DNA of 62,961 nt, filler included, from Sphacelaria rigidula (taxonomy: Eukaryota), in assembly GCA_964200075.2 (NCBI GenBank). It is 10 parts of 10 records of this genome, joined end to end, with 100 filler letters (N's around TTAATTAATTAA, not from the genome) between each part and the next. Parts side by side here need not be neighbours in the genome. Positions count along the whole stretch, not along the records: positions 56,757 to 62,961 come from CAXNAA020021517.1; 9 more parts are not named here. One strand, 5' to 3'. The first letter of the stretch is position 1; each line of letters starts with the position of its first letter. The position numbers and the translations under genes were made by a program. This document shows, in pieces, positions 58,659-62,961 of this stretch. The notes below the pieces were generated by a model that was not told the origin of the DNA, searched no databases, and saw only the letters and a list, made by a program, of their open reading frames with translations.

Positions 58659-58862
58659 CCCTTAGACCGCGATGCGGGTAGTCCATCTCGATCACGCGCG
58701 CTTTTGTCAAGTGAAATTGGTGCCGATTCAGCAGCTGACCTACCCTCGCGGTCAAAGGGTCAACCCTAACATCGCGATGCGGGTAGTCCATCTGGATCAC
58801 ACACTTTTTTCAAGGGAAATTGATGCCGATTCAGTAGACGACCTATCCTCGCGGTCAAAGGG
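58659..58862. mobile_element. Head-to-tail dimer of ~100-bp piggyBac-like MITE
   Basis: TTAA|CCC..GGG|TCAA|CCC..GGG|TAAA, with units at 58659-58759 and 58764-58862. Confidence 0.8.
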
Positions 58863-61800
58863 TAAACCGTTTTTCCTGGCATAATTAACAGGTTCTCTGA
58901 ACGGCTGGACACAAGAGGAATAACCGTTTCCCTGAAAGGCAGAGGTTGTGTTGGCACCTGGGCACAAGAGCGTATTGTACACAACGAGTTAGTTTTTCCG
59001 ACGCAGTCACGGCCGGTTTTTCTGATGCAGTTATGGCTGGTTGTTTTTCCCGATGCAGTGATGCAGTGATGTTGAATGGTTTTCTGATAGTTATTGCTAG
59101 TTGTTTTTCACGGCTGGAAGAATCGTTACGCACTGGCTATATTTCGGCGTGCTTGTGCTTGGGAAGTGTAAAATACTGTTCCGGACATGATCATTTTTAT
59201 TTGAATATAAGTATGCAAACAAGCGGGCGCGAATGTACTGGTTTGTGTATCGAGCGGCGAGACATCTACGCCAATAATATATTCGATGATGATAATAATA
59301 ATCATGATAATGATGATATTGATGATGATTCGCAGATGCCACGCACTGCTGAATTCGGCTTCACACTACACCACACGCGTTGCTTCCCGTCGGCAGACAG
59401 CTACAGCCATTAGACAGCCCGTTTTTTTATTTTCCAGTCCCCCCTCCCCCCGCCGAATAAAGTGTTGAGGTTGTCGTGCAGATGTTCTCTTTATTGAGCG
59501 AGAACCGCTTCGTCTACAAAGGACAAAAAACCCCGAGAAAATGCGTGCATGGCACCCCACGTCTCTCTCTCCCTCTCTCTCCCCCTCCCCCTCTCTCTAG
59601 GAAATGCGGGGCACATAGGAAAGGAACATCACAGATGAAACAGGGCGCATTTTGTCGCGAGTATATACATATATACAAGGTTCCCCTTCGGGAGGTTGAT
59701 ACTGGCCTCCCGGGGGTGACGCAAGTCGAAAACATTCCAGTGTTATTCCTTTTTCATACAGTGTTATGGAGGCAATTATGTGGGAGAATATGTACCTTCC
59801 AGTAGATACTCGTACGGTGACATTTCGCAGTTTCAGTTGTCTCAGACCAAGAGTGGCGGGAAGAGCGGTGGACACTTCCGGCATGAAGAGCTCGCTTCAC
59901 GGGCGGTGTGCGGAGGTGGAAAAAACACCATCACGCACGAGACCAGTCACAGCACACATCGCAAGTGGTTGCTACTGAAATAAGGTCGCGTCCCGGTAGT
60001 ACACAGCGAACTTGTGCAGGGTTTTCTAAATGCCAGCCCGACCCCGCGCGCACGGATTTCAAATCAATCTTATATACAGTATAGATGTATGATATTGCTC
60101 GCTGTCTGTGTATACGTGGTGTACCACCCCTCGCTCTGCCACATCCAGTACAGCGGTCGGTGTTGCAGCTAAGTGTGTATTTGCCCTAGGTGGCGCACGC
60201 AAGAGTAAAAGGCCGCCTCTACCGCTATAATTCCTGCCTGTTTCTTGAGCGGATGGTAACACAGCCGCTGTGGCGCGGAAGCCGGCTGTAACAATTCATA
60301 CCACGTGGATATCTCTACACTGTCTTGAAGTCATACTGCGCGCAGTTCCCACTTTTGTACGAGTATCGTGCACGTCGCGGAAGGCAATAGCTTCTATACT
60401 GTGCACAGTACATGTTTTTAAATTGTATACTGACTGTAGAACACTCTTGTCTAGGGTGTAATACATTTCCATACATATCAGGCGGTGAGATCGTGAAATG
60501 ATCAAATAATCGACAGCACATGGCCGAAGTGGAAGTGAGGCAATCACCGAAATATTCGCGTGCAAAGCCTGTGCTGCCATACTCTAAGTTGTTGACGCTA
60601 GAAGAACACCAGTGCAACGGCCATTCCGGCTGCCGGCCTGTGCACGGCCGTCCCGGTAGTGATGGGACTGTCTGTACCGGGATGTCGCCCCCAGTGCCAG
60701 GTACGCCGGCAAGGGTCCGCACCACCACCCACTGGTCGCGCGACAGGAGCTCAATCTTCGACTGTCGAGATTTTTGAAGCGGAAATGTTCCGCTCCCAAA
60801 CCTCCACACATATATAGCGGACCATAAACGATGCTTATTTGCTGGGTTTCTTTGAGCGTTCGTCCGTAACTGAGCGAAGATTGATGATGAGGCCGGCAGG
60901 ATCCGTCGCAGCCTGCGTGATCAACTATCACTGTGCCCACTCTATCTAGCCGTCGTCAGACAGCAGGGTGTTGAAAAAACAAAATGCCACGCACCGTGGG
61001 TATCCACCGTATCAACGCACACCGGGCCATCAGCGACTTCCCCTGCCGCAGCTGTGACTGTGACCCGTTCCTCTAATAGCAATCTACACATTCTTGAGTG
61101 TTCTTCACGATGCTTTTTTTGTGGATTGTTACGTTCGCATAACTGGGGCAGATATTACGCAGATATGACCGTGTTAGAGGCTTCACGTCGAAACTAAATG
61201 ATGGGGGATCTCAGATCTAAGTCAAGGCAATGTCCAGCTGTTTTCAACTGCTTTGCTCACATGCTCTCGTGATATTCGCTGCATAACCACCGTCTTCGTG
61301 TTCCCAAATCATCGAGAACGCAAAGAAAATCACGGTGAAAAAATACCCCGCCATGAGCGGGATTTTGTGGCTCTTGTTTGAAGCTTTCCACGATCTTGGA
61401 AAGGCTTTTGTGGTTCGGGATCGACACCCCGCAAAAAAGAGCGAGTGTGGGCGACTTTCGATGGCAAGAACACGCGCCACAGGTATCAGATGACACTCAA
61501 ACCTGAACTGTTATGTACCGCTGACCCTTTTTCGTGTACTGCGAAAGAAAGCGCGGGCTAAGATGCCTTGCAGCCAGAGAACACTCGGCAAAAGTGGTGA
61601 AAAATGCAAGATGATACATGTACATATATTGTAAATATGTGTTGTCTCGTGGGAAAAGTGAAGGACCGGGCAGATGGCATAATGTGTGACAATCTTGGTT
61701 TGTGTGTGTTTGCCTATTGGCCGCCCCCGCCTCTCAATCCCTTCCCCTACAGAAGCGGCCCCGAGCTGAATGTTCTGCTTAGCTCCTACTATACTATCTG

Positions 61801-61906
61801 CACTATGACGTATCTATTTTGTATTTTGTTTCGTACAGTACTCGCACCCGCTTTATTCGACCGACCTCCTCAATTTTTGCCAAAGAAAAAAACGTGTTTT
61901 GCCTGC

Positions 61907-62179
61907 TGCCGAGATAGCCCCCCCCCCGAACCGGCCAAAAAAGTGCACGAAGGCGATGATCATAAATGCCGCTAGAGCTGGTTTCGTGCTGCACAACGCG
62001 GCTCATTTGGGCGTTATAGCTGATTTCGGTGATTTCGGTCTGCTACACGCCAATAGTGGGATCGCAGCCGGTTTGTCGGACGGTCTCCGGCGCACTTTTT
62101 GTGGGGAGGGCGTAGTCATCTGTTGCTTGCCTTAGTCGTGTGACCATTGGCACTTTTTGTGGGGGGGGTTATCTCGGCA
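61907..62179. mobile_element. MITE (TGCCGAGATAGCCCCC / GGGGGTTATCTCGGCA TIRs) carrying a retroposon insertion
   Basis: TIRs are visible at both ends. Homologous to 25779-26005. Confidence 0.8.
62107..62149 (-). mobile_element. 43-bp 5'-truncated oligo-C retroposon insertion with 15-bp TSD
   Basis: GCACTTTTTGTGGGG is duplicated at 62092-62106 and 62150-62164. Confidence 0.85.
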
Positions 62180-62447
62180 TTTGTCTTTTGTTTGAATAAA
62201 CCAATCAATGAAAACGTATGTATCCATGTCTATGTATTTATGTATGCGTGTATGAATTTTCTCGAGTTTAATAACCAGTTTGCTCGTGACACTCGGGTTT
62301 ATATATATATATATATATTCGACCAAGACAAGCAACAGATGAGTACGCTCCCCCTCCCCCTCTCCCCCGCTGTGTCGATCCCCAACGCCCTCCCCTTCTG
62401 CATGCAACGTGTTTGTTGACTGATGTTGGTGGGTGATGGATCGACAG

Positions 62448-62596
62448 GTCGCCTATCAACCCTGGTACGAGGTGTGGGAGACCCGATGGTGGCGGTGTAT
62501 TGTCGCTGCTTCATCGCCGCCGCGGGGCACAAGATTGCTCCTCTGGAGACGGCACACGCCGCCAGCTCGCTCCAAGACTATCTCTTCAGTTTACAG
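62448..62596 (+). CDS. VPS35L: Exon of VPS35 endosomal protein sorting factor-like (Retriever subunit, C16orf62 homologue)
   Basis: ACAG| ... CAG|GTAAGC. RLSTLVRGVGDPMVAVYCRCFIAAAGHKIAP matches the VPS35L motif RL-xx-MIRGIGDPLV-x-VYAR-x-YL. VPS35 itself has RGVQHP here. Confidence 0.8.
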
Positions 62597-62863
62597 GTAA
62601 GCACGACGCGTGCGCCCGTTTGACGTGTGCGAGGGGTAGGGACGGGGGCATGGTCGATGGTGTGTGTACGTGTGATGAAGATGCAATGATGAATATCCTG
62701 TTGAACATGGCACTTTGTACAGGTTTGGCGTAAGATTTACGGTTCATGTATGCATGCTATTCAGGATAAAATGATGATTTGATTTCTCGGTGAAGACTGA
62801 CAGTATTAAGTCATGACCACTGTAGGTTAACCTGACAAGGAAGGGAGGGTGTGTCGGGGGGGA

Positions 62864-62961
62864 AGGAGGGGTGGGTGTACTCATGATCATGTATGCTATA
62901 GTCATAAGACCATTGACCTCGCATCCCTACAATGCCGGGACGGAGCACGCCGGGTTTTCGC
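62864..62961 (-). mobile_element. Oligo-C retroposon 3' end (subfamily A)
   Basis: The reverse complement reads GCGAAAACCCGGCGTGCTCCGTCCCGGC..GATGCGAGGTCAATGGTC..GATCATGAGTACACCCACCCC. Confidence 0.75.

Overview
This window is eukaryotic and is not one locus. It is ten unrelated contigs of 6205-6207 bp in decreasing length order, joined by 100-bp N44-TTAATTAATTAA-N44 spacers, so adjacency across a spacer means nothing. GT-AG introns, GC3-rich exons, TTAGGG-type motifs and the style of the retroelements suggest a repeat-rich stramenopile, probably a brown alga (inference). Host gene fragments: a sulfotransferase (PRTGSTW PAPS-binding motif), a MORN-repeat protein, a VPS35L exon, a multi-exon membrane protein of unknown function, and an intact single-exon 80-aa ORF with a perfect Kozak context. 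Mobile DNA dominates: a degenerate Ty1/copia element (gag-PR-INT), an RTE-type LINE relic, several tRNA-derived SINE families, an abundant retroposon family ending in oligo-C, and many MITE/foldback elements. The most interesting signal is in contig 7 (37840-44045): a spliced gene with a ParB/Srx-fold domain (VLDGNHRLEA, no sulfiredoxin Cys) lies head-to-head, within about 90-280 bp, with a spliced Sola-like/DUF7869-type transposase gene. This suggests a two-gene DNA transposon carrying a ParB-like accessory protein. All family calls come from motif recognition by eye and need HMM confirmation.
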